Origin: Octopus bimaculoides
Taxonomy: Eukaryota
Assembly (NCBI RefSeq): GCF_001194135.2
Contig: NC_068990.1
Coordinates: forward strand, 14,913,977 to 14,956,017
Direction: 5' to 3'
DNA length: 42,041 bases
In this document: in pieces, positions 21,998-36,950 of the stretch
How positions within the stretch are numbered: position 1 is the first letter of the stretch
How the letters are laid out: each line of letters begins with the position of its first letter
Position numbers and translations under genes: made by a program
The notes under the pieces: generated by a model
Databases searched by the model: none
What the model saw: only the letters and a program-made list of their open reading frames with translations
What the model was told of the DNA's origin: nothing

Positions 21998-24900
21998 ACT
22001 CTCAGAGTGGTTGGCATTAGGAAGGGCATCCAGCTGTAGAAACTCTGCTAAATCAGATTGGAGCCTGGTGTAGCCATCTGGTTCACCAGTCCTCAGTCAA
22101 ATCGTCCAACTCATGCTAGCATGGAAAGCGGACGTTAAACGATGATGAGGATGATGATGAATAACAATAATGATGATGGTTTCAAACTTTGGTACAAAGG
22201 TAGTAATTTTAGGAGGTTGAGGTTATTTGCACATTTTTTGAAATAACTAAGGATTGAAGTTAAAGAAAGTTTCCTTTTCTATATTTAAGAGGATTAATAA
22301 AGTTCATTGATTAGTTAACATTAATCATCTACATGCAACATCTTGCAAGCAGGAAATCAATTCTAACAATGGCGCCCACTGTGTAGCAAGGCAAGTGAGC
22401 GTGCTAGTTAAAGACTTTAGAAGAATTTGGGGACTTTGGACTAAAACTATTCAAAAGTTTCACGCTGACAAAAATTAAATGAAAAATACCTCATCATCAT
22501 CATCATCAACATCAGTGTTGTCATTGCCACTGCTGCCATCGTTGTTGGTGTTATTATTGTTGTCATGATTTAACCCTTTTGATATTAATCCGGCTGTAAC
22601 CAGCTCTGTAGTACAAATGTCTTGTTTCATAAGTTTTGAATTAAAATCTTCCACCAAACCTTAGTTACAATTTATGTTCTTAACACTAGCTTAATGATAA
22701 CTAAGTTATTTTACTAAATTCTTTGTTATATTTAAATTTAATTGAAAGAAACACAGAGCATCTCAAAATAAAAATGGTAATGAAAGGGCTAAATCCATAT
22801 TCCATGCTGGCATGGGTTGGACAGTTTGACAGGGTCTGATGGGCTCAAATACTGCATTGCATTTCAGTATCTGTTTTGGTATAGTTTCTATAGCTGGATA
22901 CCTTTCCTTGTAGTTTTCTGGTCCCTTGTTCTGAAGGTTCTTGGAATCCATACAACTTTGCAGTGTGTGCTGGCTGCTTTATTCATGCCACCAGCACCAG
23001 TGAGATTGCTATGCAGCTTTGAAGACTACGAGCCTCAAGTTGAGAGGGGTAACTTCATGCTAGGACAATAAGGTGTAGAGCGGTCTAAAGTATGAGAGAA
23101 AAGGGCCAGAGTTGGTTTCTTGCTGAAGAGGAGCCAAATGTCTACTCCCATTTTAGAAGAGAGAGAGAGGAGGTGGGGAGCTAGAAATTAGGGACGAGGA
23201 GTCAGAGCGAATCTTCAAGGTACAAGGTGGATAGGAATGAGTAGAGCAGGGGTGTCAGAAGTGAGTGGGAGCAGTTGGAGTATATCTGGTGCAGAACAGT
23301 AATAGGTTTACGATGATATAATAAGTAGGACTGCACTTAGGGTTATGTAGTAAAGTAGAAAAATAAGTATTTGTTTCAAGGGAATGTTCTTTTTGCTGGA
23401 GGCTGTCACATAATGGCATAATGGTAGTGAAAGAGAGAGAGAGAGAGATTGTGCGTGTGTTCTTAAAATGGGAGAATCACTTCTAAGTTTTTTTTTATTA
23501 TTATTTTGTGTTGAAAATTCTTATCAAAAGTGGACAGAGGATACATACATTTCACATGATTTTTTAAAATACCTATGTCTTGAAAAAATTTTGAAAATTG
23601 CATATAATTCAATAAATTTAAAAAATGCAATATCTTTTAATTTATCGAAAATTTAATGCTTAAGATTATGTAGTGAAGTAGAAAACCAGTAAATTTGTTT
23701 TAAGGAAATAGATAATGAAAGATTTCAAAAACATTCTTTATTGTATGTAATTTTTTCAAAACTTTCTTGTAAAATGTTTTGTAAAATGTTGAAATTTTGT
23801 TTTAATTTCAGAAAAACCTGTATGCAAATTCACAAATATTATGAAAGATCCTGATATCCTGCCAACAAGTGCTATTCAAGCTTCAAGTTATAACATCAAT
23901 AATAAAGCAGAAGATATTCGACCTGGTGAACAGTTGTGGTATTCTGCAGATAAAGACAAGTTTCCACACATAACCATTGACATCTCAAATATTAATTCCC
24001 CAATGGAAAAGGTTTCTTTAGCTCGCCCTCACAATATTAAATCATTTGAAGTTCTCTTAATGAATGGAAAAAAAGTACTTAAAACATACAAGGTAACTGT
24101 TTAGTTATAAAATAATACACACACACACACACATTTGGGTACAGGGATGGCTGTCAAAGTAAGTTTGCCTTGAAATTGCATGTTTGTACTGTGTAACCCC
24201 TTGGGTCATACAGTGCAAACCACAGTTTGACCAACAACCTTGTGAGTTTTGGTAGAGAGAAACTGTGCAGAAACTTATATATATATATATATATATAAAG
24301 TGAAGGAATAAAGATATTAAGTCTGGGCAGGTACCTTACAAGTATTCTAATATAATCCAGGTTCCAATTATTTTTAATGTCTTGTATATATATATATGTA
24401 TGTATATATATNNNNNNNNNNNNNNNNNNNNNNNNNNNNNNNNNAAAATAAGCAACAAGGATATCCAAAGTTAATGCAGTACGATCGTTTCATGCTATTC
24501 CATTTAATTAAGCAATGTGAACATTACATCAAATGTAAAATGCAGAGCAATCCTCAGTTGCACAAAGATATAGAAATTTACTGAAATTACATTTCAACAG
24601 AAGGACATATTTTTATAACTACATTTAAACTCTCCAAGTAGAAAGGAAGAATACAAAAAACCATTTTGACTTAGCCAGACCATACAGGCTAGTAAATAAT
24701 TCTAAGCAGATTTTTAACTGTCACTGATTTTATTTGTTTTTTTTTGTTTCTGATTTATGGATCATTTTATCAGACCTAGTGATTCAAACCTTAAGAGGGC
24801 ACTGGCATTTTCTTTGTAGGCAACGGAAAGGGGTAAACTATATAGACAGTAAACATGGATGATATAGTTATAAAATTTCTTATCATCCATGTTTACTGTC

Positions 24901-26903
24901 TATATTGTTTACTCTTTTCCCTACAAAGATAATGCCAGTGTCCTCTTAAGCTTTGAATCACTAGGTCTGATTAATCTTACTCAACAGGGTTCATAGCTCT
25001 AAGATTAGGGAGTCTCTCCAGGTTGAGCCACTACTTTTCTGTATTGAGAAGCGGTATTTCGTCTGTCTTTACGTTGAGTTCAAATTCCACCAAGGTCGGC
25101 TGCCTTTCATCCTTTCAGGATTGATAAATTAAGTACCAGTTATGCACTGGAGTCGATCTAATTAACTGGCCTCCTCCCCAAAATTTTTGGGCCTTATGCC
25201 TAGAGTAGAAAGTATACATTTTGAGTTCAGGCTGACTTCTTTTACTCTTTGCCAGACAGATGAAATAAGCATTTGAGTAGATAGATAAGCATGACTAAAT
25301 GCTTAAAGGTGGCACATTAGCATTCCTACAGGCAGATGATTTAAAAATAAACTGAAAGAATACTGAAATAATGTGAATTACTTTTTAAAATAAAATCTAT
25401 TTCGTTTAATATCTTATAACTTTTAGGCTAACACAAGACAAGGAGTAAATTTATATGACAAAACAGCAACTCATATAAAGGTGAATTTATTTCCGATCGA
25501 TGTCAAACAATGCATTGCTACAGAAGTTTCGATCTTTGCTTGTATGAGTGAAAGTCCAAGTAAGTTAATTCGTTAAGTTATTGCATTAATAGCTAAACTT
25601 CTTTTATTTCTTTAGTAAAGTAATCCACCATTGACATCATAAGTAAATATCATTGCCACTGCTACCACCACAACCCCACCACCACCACCACCACCACTAC
25701 CACCACCACTACCACCACCACCATCTCGATTGTCATCATTGTCATCGTCATCATTATCACCATTATCATAATTGTCATAATTTACACTGTTACTGAAATA
25801 AGTAGGTAAAACTTCATTGTTTCTTCTAAGCCAATTACAGACAGTTTGTTTCATAAATATAAGCTCTCAAATTTAGGAAGATGGTATACTCAATTACATG
25901 AGCTTCAGTACTTCACTGGAACTTTAAGTACTCAGAGAAATGAAACAAGGCTGAGTATGGTGAATTTCAAACACTGAGCATGGAGGGAGACAACTAAATA
26001 CTTTGAGGCATTTTTGCATAATATTCTACAAATTCTCCAAATTTCTAAACTAATTTGTAACCTTCAAAAAAGAATTGAATTTATTAGTAAAATTTCACTG
26101 TATTAATGTTTCTCTCTCTCTCTCTTGTTTGTTTGTTAATAAATGAATGACTGATAAAAGAACAGAAGTTATATAATCACCTTTAGCTTACATCTGTTTT
26201 GGCTATATAGAAACGTGCACATTGAGCTGGGTGCCAGTGGAACATTTAATAGCTTCTTCAAAGCCAGTTATATGAAGTTTTTATTGAGGAAAACATTTGA
26301 ATATATACACACATGTATGATATTATATTATATCATTTGTTTGTATTCATGTGCACAATTATATATTTAAATACTTGACAATAAGATGTCTCACTAGTAC
26401 TTCTTACAAAAGCTGGCTATAGCTTTTTAATCTCTGTTGAAGCCGTCCATGTCACATCTCACAGCTTTTATAGTATTCATAGAGCATTGAACAGCAGTTA
26501 TGATGTTGGCATTTTGATACCTAGTGTGAGTCATTATCATACAGGTAGCACTTTTCCAATATTCCGATAGCTTTCAGTTCTCCATGTCAGCTAATTTTTT
26601 CTCAACAACTTTTAATCTTTATGTTGTTATACACCACTGACTGTCTGCCAATACATGAAGCTCCTCTTGAATAAATATGACATAACAAATCGTCACATTT
26701 AGCCCCCACAGTGTAACCTCGTGGATATCATTGGCTATTTTTTCTTCCTCCGTCTTTCCCTTCTTAGGACTTTCTTTGTTTCCGACGAAGAGCTCCGCTC
26801 GAAACATCAAATTCTCTTTCTTTCCTTTCCTGAGCGTCCAGTAACACAATCTGTATCACGTCCTCACTTTGTTGTTGCTTTTTTGTCTTTTTCCGTTTTT
26901 GAA

Positions 26904-26941
<38 letters not shown>

Positions 26942-27316
26942 TGTACGTATGTATGTATGTGTGTGTGTATACATATACATGCACATACATGTGTATCTCT
27001 GAAAAATTGGAAGCAATGATGATTATATGTGTGTGCGTGTGTGTGTGTGTGTGTGTGTAGGAAGCCTTTGGACCCTGTTTACACTTTAGGAGATTCCTAC
27101 TGAAGTTCTGGAACCCACAAGCTGACCATGTCAACTAAGGATAACCCTTTGTTCAAGTGCTCAATAAGTAACTACATGGTCTTTTCTCTTCCCACTTTGA
27201 AGAGCGGTTTCAGACCACCAGCCATTAGGGTCTGAAGAAACACTGTAATGCTAAGCATTTTAGGGACATGAAACCTAAGGTAACCCCATAGACCAGCCAT
27301 AGCTATCTTTATCTAG

Positions 27317-27353
<37 letters not shown>

Positions 27354-30300
27354 TGTGTGTGTGTGTGTGTGTGTTTGTGTGTGTGCATACATAAATACAT
27401 ATATGCATATATACACACACACATAAATCTATATTTATTCATACATATATCATATTTGCCTTTATATGTAGCATCTAGTATCATCTTAGATTCAATCCAT
27501 GTAAATAAATGTATTCTTTTAAAATCTAAATTAATTAATAATGTTACATTTACTTTCATTTCTTTAATAGTAACCACACCTGAGGTAACCACCATATTAA
27601 CCCCAACTACATTTCTACCAACCAGTTAGTATACTTATTTATTCACTTATTGATTAAATTTTTCACATTAGATATTAAATTTATGATTTTACTATATCTA
27701 ATGACTCTCATTTTGATTTGATATTGCAAAACTCAAAGTAAAAATCTAATTTACTATTTCATATTTTGATTATACTGTTATATACAACTGCATCTCTATT
27801 AATGGCACCCTAACCTGTAACAGAGACAGGAATGATACAATGAGTGAGCCTCTACACAGTCGTTCATCCAACTAGAAATAGCAGCCAACTTCCATTAAAT
27901 CACTCTGCTTTCATGAACTCTTTGTTTGTCCTGTGTATCACATATTACCCTGGCATCTATGTGTCGTATGATGCAAATATCCAATTTTTTGGATATCTGT
28001 ATAAATCACTTAATAAATCACTGTATACCAGAATTCAGTGCAGAATTAAAATTACCATATAATATCTAAGCTGTTATATTGGTTGATATTTGCCCTGGAA
28101 CTCACTATTAGGTTTGTATGTGTTTGAGTTAGACTGAGTGACATTACAAAACAAAAACCAACAAGTAGTAGATATGGTTTTAAAAACTTTCTATTTGTTT
28201 TAAATGGAATCTATAAAGAATATTTTATAATTTTAACTAACGTTTCTGATAAGGCATTTAATTTCTTTTGTAGAATCATGGTGCATATTCAATGATGGCT
28301 TGGCAGAGCATACTTTAGTAAGAAACACAGATATCAATTTGTCAAGCAATGATGAAAACAAAAATGTTATTCGACCAGGAGGAAAAGGTTGGAAACCAGC
28401 AAAAGAAGATAAGAAACCGTTTGTTAGCTTTTTTGTTGGTGATTCTTTGAGGTATGGTGCATCTATACATCTAGGCAAGGCTAAAGATATTAAAAGTTTT
28501 GATGTTATTCTAAGTGGAGGTGAAAATAATAAGAAATATATGGTGAGTTTACAAAACAATGTTTGACTACTTTTTTTAATGCAGTAAAATGAACAGTTAC
28601 ATCATGGTAGAGTTATTCAAGCTGTCAAATAACACACAGAACTGTTCAAGTCACTTTTAACTTATTCCATAAAGTGTCAAAATGTCTCCCACAAATACAA
28701 CCTGGTCCCTGATACAGTTTCACAACTGTTCAAAAGCTTGGTCCCTGTAGGTCTCAGTTTTTGTCTATTTTTATTTCATATAAGACTTAAGGATATATGG
28801 GTTTGCTGTGTTTATGTAAATTTTGACCGCATAACCTTGGGCAATAATCTTTAGTAACTTTCAGTTTCTATTATTTTTATTGTATATATAGCATTGTGAC
28901 CATTCCACTTATTCCTTCATTTCTTCTTTCTTTTCTTGAATGTTAATTTTGAATGTAATTCTTCCATGGTTGAGATTTAAATATTGCACTGTCAAATTTA
29001 TTATCATTCTGTCCTGTAATAGTCTTTACTATCTTATTATCCCTAACTACCTTGTTCCAACTTTATCATAGTGTGGAAGGCATATTCCATTTTCATCAGT
29101 TTTTAGATGAAGAAAGGTATGTAAGCTGAAGTGAAGATAACAAATTTGGCTTTTTAACCAACCTCTCCTTTTCTGAGGATCAAACGCTGGAGTTGGCACA
29201 TTACCTTACCAGCACCTGCAATTCCAGCATTCGATTCAGCCTCCTGCTTCCCATCAGTTATAAAAACAGCTCTGAAATACTTGTCTCAGATCAAAATTAT
29301 TCTAGGTGAATATAACAAACCCATATTTCAAAGTTCAATACCGTGAGGTGGGGCGGAGCGAGAAGAAATCTAAAAACTATCAGGACTGATCTTGAACAAA
29401 CTTTTAAAAAGTTGTAATGGAACTATGCTAGTCACCAGGTCACGGTTATGCAATGAAAATATTTGACATGTCATGAAATAAGTTAAAGGTGAATTTAACA
29501 GATCTGTGTGCACTATTAACCCTTTAGCATTTAAACTGGCCATATCTGGCCCAAATATTCTACCTGTTTTATGTTCAAACTGATTAGATCTGGCCTCCTA
29601 CACCTACCCTACAATGCCATTCTAAAAAAATAAACAATCATATCAAAATCTCAAGGCCACAAGATAATGTGTGATAAATTCAAAGCAATATGAATGAATA
29701 AGAATTACATTTGATAGGGTAATCTGAATGTAAAGGGTTAAATGGCAAGGAGTACTCTTCCACAATGTGATTTGCTTCAGTTTTAATACATGATCTCTGA
29801 TAAAGTCACTTGCTAGACAAGTACAATTCCATAAAATAAATGTTTTAAAACCATGTCGTCTAAATTATATTTTGAAATAATTGTTTGTCAGAAGAAATTA
29901 TATTCTTGATTAAATATTGAGTATATTTACTTCTAAAATATAAATAAAGAAATTAATTGAAATCCTGGATTATGATTATTGCTAACTGTATGTAATATCG
30001 TTGCTAAGATTTGCTGCTAGTAAATTTGGAAAATATGGTTTTGTCATTTGATTATTTACTATGAAATTACTATTTTAAAATAATTGAAGAAACTATGTCA
30101 GCTAGGATAAATTTTGTTACATTAATTTTGTTAAGATGTGTGACCAAATGGTTTGGGTGTTGCACCAGTGACCATAAGACCATGGTTTCAATTATTTTCA
30201 TACTGGGCAATGCATTGTGTTCTTGAGCAAAACACTTCATTTTACATTGTTCTGGTTTGCTCAGCTTTGAATGAGTTCCAACAATTACTCAGAAGTTAAC

Positions 30301-33052
30301 CTTGTGTCAGACTGGCATCTCATTCAAGAAAAAAATTGTCATAATCTTAGTCAATTATACACCATGAGAAGTTGACTAAGCCCTAATTTTATGAGTCCTA
30401 GGGCTCAGGACTGACCTAAATCTAATTCAATAAATTCAATATCATTCATTATCCAGGGCTTCATCACCCGTGAAGGAGAAACTCCTTCCTGGACTCCTTC
30501 CACCACTGTCTGTCTCTGGTCAGTCATGATTATAAGTCCCAGGTAGCAGGTGAGATTATCTCACCATCTTGTCTTCAGTTGTCAGCATCTTGATCTTCTC
30601 CATGTCTTGATGACCATTCCATCACCTACCTTGATTGCTCATCTGTTGACTTTCAGTCATGTGATGTGGCCATGTGATGGTTTAATAATTCAATATGTTT
30701 TATTATTTCTTTTGTTGAAGTCTGATAACCAAACAAGTATGTAATAATGGATACTTCTCAGGTTATACATAAATATAATCGTTCTTTCCTATTTGAATAT
30801 CCAGGCAAACTTAAAAGGAAGTGTAGTTAAAATTCCATTTGGCACCACATCAACAACTGTAAAGATCTCTTTCAAAGGGGTTCCAGGTGATTGTGACATG
30901 GCTGTGACAGTATCTATAAAGGGGTGCTTTGAATCACTAAGTAAGTATTTAAATGTATCTTTTACTTGTTTCGGTCATTAGACTGTGGCCATGCTACAGC
31001 ACTGCTTTGAAGAATTTCAGTCGAATGAATTGACCCCAGTACTTTGAAGTATAGTACTTATTTTATCAGTCTGTTTTGTTGAACTGCTAAGTGACGGAGA
31101 TATAAACACAACAATACCAGTTGTCAAGCAATGGTGGGGGACAAACATAGACACAGAGACACACACACACATATGTCAGGCTTCTTTTGGTTTCTATCTA
31201 CCAAATCCACTCACAAGGCTTTAGTAGGCCCAAGGCTATGGTAGAAGACACTTGCCCAAGGTGCTACACAGTAGTACTGAACCCAGAACCATGTGGTTGG
31301 GAAGCAACCTTCTTACCTCACAGCCACACCTGTACCTGTATATTGCATCTCATCAAATTAATTTGGTCTTCTATATCTAATTCCATAACTAGTATATTTT
31401 GTAGAAGGCGCATGGCTCAGTGGTTAGGGCATCGAGCTTACGATCATGAAGTTGTGAGTTCGAATCCCAGACCGGGCTGAGTGTTGTGTTCTTGAGCAAG
31501 ACACTTTATTTCACATTGCTCCAGTTCACTCAGCAGTAGAAATGAGTTGCAATGTCACAGGTGCCAAGCTGTATCGGCCCCTTTGCCTTTCCCTTGGATA
31601 ACACTGGTGGCGTGGAGAGGGGAGGCCAGTATACATGAGTGACTGCTGGTCTTCCATAAAAAAACAACCTTGCCCGGACTTGTGCTTGGGAGGGTAACTT
31701 TCTAGGTGCAATCCCATGGTCAGTCATGACCGAATGGGGTCTCAGCATACTTTGTAAATTAACAGAATACTATTTTCCTTGTTGGGTTAGCCTTGCGGTT
31801 CTTAAATGGTGCCCCATGAAAACGATTAGAATTGTATTACTGGTCAAGACATTCTTGTAAAACATTTTTGGAAAACAAATAGTCTTGTGGTTTAATGAAC
31901 TGACATGAAACAGCATGTGAATAATGCCGATGTAGTTCACATCATTCCATTTTTTACCTTTCCAGTTTTAGCTTCTACTCTTGTGCCAGCTAAATTAGCT
32001 CAGGTAACAACACAGGCACAAAAGATGTTTAAAAGTTGCTACTTTAATTTTTGACACTATACTTTAAAAATATTTCTACCATTTTTTCCAGTCTTTCTAG
32101 CAAGGAACTAAATTTCTTCTGTAGAATGTTGGTGAATTTAATGGGCCAATCATGCAATTAATAAAATTTTAATTTGAAAAATATTGCATAAATAATGTTG
32201 GTTTCAAGAAGAGGATCATTAATATTAGCTGCTTTACTTAGATGCTTGACGATAAGATAGATTCTGGTTGCTTTTTTTTCATTAAATTATAAAAGCACAG
32301 TGGTAACACATTGAATGCATGTTAGAATCTTATATAAAAATCTTACCAAAAATATATTTTTTCTTACTGTTTCTATGTTGAATATATGAAATTTCATTAA
32401 CTGTTTTGTAAGCTTTAAAATGTCTGATAATATACATAACAAATGTTATTTTGTTGGTATTATATAAAGATCGTAGTAAATGTAATTCGTTTTTATCATT
32501 TTGATTTTAGCTACAACACCACTTCCAACATCAACAGCACAACCAACAACAGCAACAGGTATGATGATTAAAAGACACTTTTTTCAATTTCTTTAATATG
32601 AAAAATCTAAAGAATCTTTCTATGATTTTATGTAAACTTTTATCTAATAATGAATTGAATTTCTTCTGTAGAGTCTTGGTGTGTATTCAATGATGGTTTG
32701 GCAGATCATACTTTAATAAGGAACTGGGACATTAATTTGTCAAGCAATGATGAAAACAAAAATGTTATTCGACCAGGAGGAAAAGGTTGGAAACCAGCAA
32801 AAGAAGATAAGAAACCATTTGTTAGCATTTTTGTTGGTGACTCTTTGAGGTATGGTGCATCTATACGTCTGGGCAAGGCTAAAGATATTAAAAGTTTTGA
32901 TGTTATTCTAAGTGGAGGTGAAAACAATAAGAAATTCAAGGTAAGTTTACTGAAATGATGACCGCCTTTCTTCTCAAAATAATAAAATGTAACTGGTTAT
33001 ATTTTTTCAGACATTTAATTTTAAAGCATATATACATATATATGTATATATA

Positions 33053-33083
<31 letters not shown>

Positions 33084-36000
33084 ATTGAACATGTGAAATA
33101 ATTTACACCTGGTGCTATGGTGTTAGAGCAGATACCTGGTCATACAATAGATATTAATACATGCTTCTTTACTTCTGTTTTCAAAGTTAGATAAAGAAAC
33201 AGAAAATAATATAATGCACATACTTTTGTCAGATTATCCATTAACGCAGTTCATTCTCTTCTACTTGTGTATCCAATACAGGAAAATTTGAAAGACACTG
33301 TTGTTAAAATTCCATTTGGCACCACATCGCCTACCATAAAGATTTACTTCCAAGGTGTCCCAGGTGACTGTGACATGGCTGTAACAATATCTATAAAGGG
33401 GTGCTTTGAATCACGATGTAAGTATATTAATCTGCAAGTAACTCATCTTGACGTTGTTTTCTTTAACTTACCACATAACTAGTACAATTTATCTCTTATT
33501 ATGATACATTTATGTTTGTGTGTATGCATATGTTTATTAGTTATTCAGGGGGCCATAATGAATGGTTCCTATAAGCTTTAACCTTCTTCCCAACCTGGTT
33601 AGACTGATGTAGTTTATGGTCATTTGATCCTCTATTGTTCAACTACAAGGCTGAATTAAGAGCCATAAAGTTCCTAACCATTTAAAAGATTTTGGTGCCC
33701 ACCCCTATATATGTAATTGAAAATATAAACAATAATAAACCATAAAATAATCTTTATAAGGGATTAAAAATAAAAATGGTGAATGTATGTCTTCCAAACT
33801 GTAGTTGTTTTAGTTTCAATGCAGTCACAGATCAAATCACTTGCCTGACAAATTCATCTCCAAAAACCTTACATTAGCATATAGAAACAATGGTATATTA
33901 GAAACGTAAATCATGTTAAACTAATTTTAGACATTTAAAACTCCCTGTAATTCATATCTTGTCAATTTTCATTTTGATTTTAGCTACAACACCTCTTCCA
34001 ACATCAACAGCACAACCAACAACAGCAACAGGTATAATGATTAAAAGACACTTTTTCAATTTCTTTAATATGAAAAATCTAAAGAATCTTTCTAAAATTT
34101 TATACAAAATTTTATCTAATAATGAATTGAATTTCTTCTGTAGAGTCTTGGTGTGTATTCAATGATGGTTTGGCAGATCATACTTTAATAAGGAACTCGG
34201 ATATTGATTTGTCAAGCAATGATGAAAACAAAAATGTTATTCGGCCAGGAGGAAAAGGCTGGAAACCAGCAAAAGAAGATAAGAAACCATTTGTTAGCTT
34301 TTTTGTTGGTGACTCCTTGAGGTATGGTGCATCTGTACGTCTGGGCAAGGCTAAAGATGTTAAAAGTTTTGATGTTATTCTAAGTGGAGGTGAAAACAAT
34401 AAGAAATACATGGTGAGTCTACTGAAATGATGTTTGTCTTTCACAATAATAAAATATAAAATGTTATAAAACTATATGATGTTGGTTATATTATTTTGAA
34501 ATATTTCTTTGTCAACACAGATAACATGCATGGTTAGATATTGAGTATCTTTAGTTTTAAAATATAAATACATAAAATAAAATTCCGCATTGTAACTATT
34601 AATGTTAGATATATATAACATTCAATATTGTTAAATTTAACTTTTAGTAAGCATAAAAAGAGTTTTTTCTTCATTTAATTACTGACTGTAAAATCATTAG
34701 GTAAAAATTACCAAGTAATTATGTGAGAACAAGTTTATTTATTTTATTCTAGTTGTGAGTTAAGATTTCATTGTAATATTCTATAACATGTTTTATTTAT
34801 GTTGTTGAATTCAAAAATGAAGAAAAAAATTATTATTGTTACCGTGACACTTTTTCTCATATTATTCACAAATATAATCATCTTTCTCTGTTTGAATATC
34901 CAGGCAAACTTAAAAGACAGTGTTGTTAAAATCCTATTTGGTACCACATCAACAACTGTAAAGATCTCTTTCAAAGGAGTTCCAGGAGATTGTAACATGG
35001 CTGTAACAGTATCTATAAAGGGATGCTTTGAATCACAATGTAAGTATTTTGAACATATGGGTATCACTTCTCCTTCTGCTTCATTTATGTAGAGTTGCAA
35101 TATAACTTGTAGCAATTTGTGTATCGTTAGTATACAGTACTGGACTACATCATAGCTAGAAAATGAAATGAATAACGAACAAAAATATTCAATAAGGAGG
35201 TTTAAAATGATTGCTAACTTTAAACTACAGTGTTTGCTAGAATACTGCAATGTATCCAAGGAGTTGAAAACATTTTGAATTGTAAAACTGTGAAAAAAGG
35301 AATTGAACAAACCTCTGGTATTAATATTTATAATATAATAAAATGTGAAGTGAAAAAGATAGGGGAAAAATACACCATAAAAGGATTGGAATATCTGCCC
35401 AGCTATCTTACTATATGCTGCCCCTTAAAAATAAAAGTGAAGATGAAAATGCTTTTTGCTTCGCATGCATTTTTCTAGGAAATAGAATTATTAAAGAATG
35501 AATGTTATGCTAGAAAATAAAAAACTGAAGAAACAAATGAATTCAATAATGATAGTAAAATATGAAGTGGACAATAGAGTATTGGCTGGACACTATAAAG
35601 CATATAATGTGATGAAAACAGATTGAATTGTAAAAAGGCGCAATAAACAAGTCATTGATACTTTTCTCATATTAAACACTCATTTAACCAAGTTTGTGGT
35701 ATTATCCATTTCCTAAAAACAGATTTCAACAACTGAAAAATTTCCCAATTTCTTAATCATATGTAATGAATAATGAAAGCTCTGACCAATTCATTTAGGT
35801 TTTTTTGATACACGGAATCCCAAAATAGTATTAATTTTGCAATTTGATTTTTCAATATGGTAGAAATCCAAGATGGCAGCCAAAATACGCAATTTTGTTA
35901 ATGAAATCAGTAGCTTTTGAGGAAATTTCAGAAAACAAAGTAGGATTAACATCTCCACCTAATGTAAATACTCATGGATGTATTATATATGATTCTTTAT

Positions 36001-36688
36001 TTTCATTCTATTAGGGAATAATCAATGTAAATTTATAAAGTGATAATTTCTTAAATTTCATTGTCTTTCATTTCCATTTCAGCCACACCTGTTCCAACAA
36101 CAACACTCCAACCCACAACACAAACAGGTAAACTATTTCTCTTTCATAGAAATATTAGTGTTTTTAGATATTGTAATAATACTCATGGTAATAATGGTCA
36201 TTTTGTTGATTTCATTTTATTTATTGATATTGTTTTCTAGAATCCTGGTGTGTATTCAATGATGGTTTGGAAGATCCCTCATTAATAAGGGCGTGGGACA
36301 TTAAATTATCAAGCAATGATAAAAGTCCAGATGCTATTCGCCCGGGTAGAAATGGTTGGAGACCAGATGAAGGTGATATGAAGCGCACAGTAACAATGTT
36401 TGTTGGTGATGCTTTAAGATATGGTGCATCTATTCATCTATTACGAGCTGTGGGTGTTGCAAAGTTCGATGTTATTCTCAGTGGAGGAGAGAATAATAGA
36501 CTTAAGGTGAGTTTCAGTGAGGTAAATTTACTATAACAATATTATCACATTAAACACTTTATTGAAATAGTTCCATAAGTTTTAGCATTATTATCCAATC
36601 CTACAGAAACGCTGCTCTCAGGGCAGTTTTCTGTTAGAATATGTCATGTTTGCTTGTAGGAAACAGCTGTGATGTGTATTTCTGCCAA

Positions 36689-36741
<53 letters not shown>

Positions 36742-36875
36742 NNNNNNNNNNTGCCATATGATAAATAGACAGGGTATAAAATTTTGTTCAAATATTCTCA
36801 AAGAGAAATTTCGTATTAACTTATATTTAATGAAATTAATTGAATGGAGGCAATAGAAAAGCAATATAAATGAGT

Positions 36876-36950
<75 letters not shown>

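Noticed and set aside
25655-25790. (ACC)n tract that could encode a poly-Thr mucin linker after exon B0
   Set aside because: Nearby AG acceptors give immediate stops in phase 1 and there is no matching donor; it is a simple repeat.
27785-27850. [15 protein letters not shown], resembling an E-module C..NG.L.C
   Set aside because: No acceptor with a pyrimidine tract, incomplete Cys pattern, out of domain order, and adjacent to repeat-like sequence.
8278-31480. tRNA-like sequences at 8278, 10415 and 31404 as genuine tRNA genes
   Set aside because: They have A/B boxes but no complete cloverleaf or acceptor stem; the 10415 and 31404 copies continue into SINE bodies with TSDs, and 8278 ends in an (AAT)n tract.
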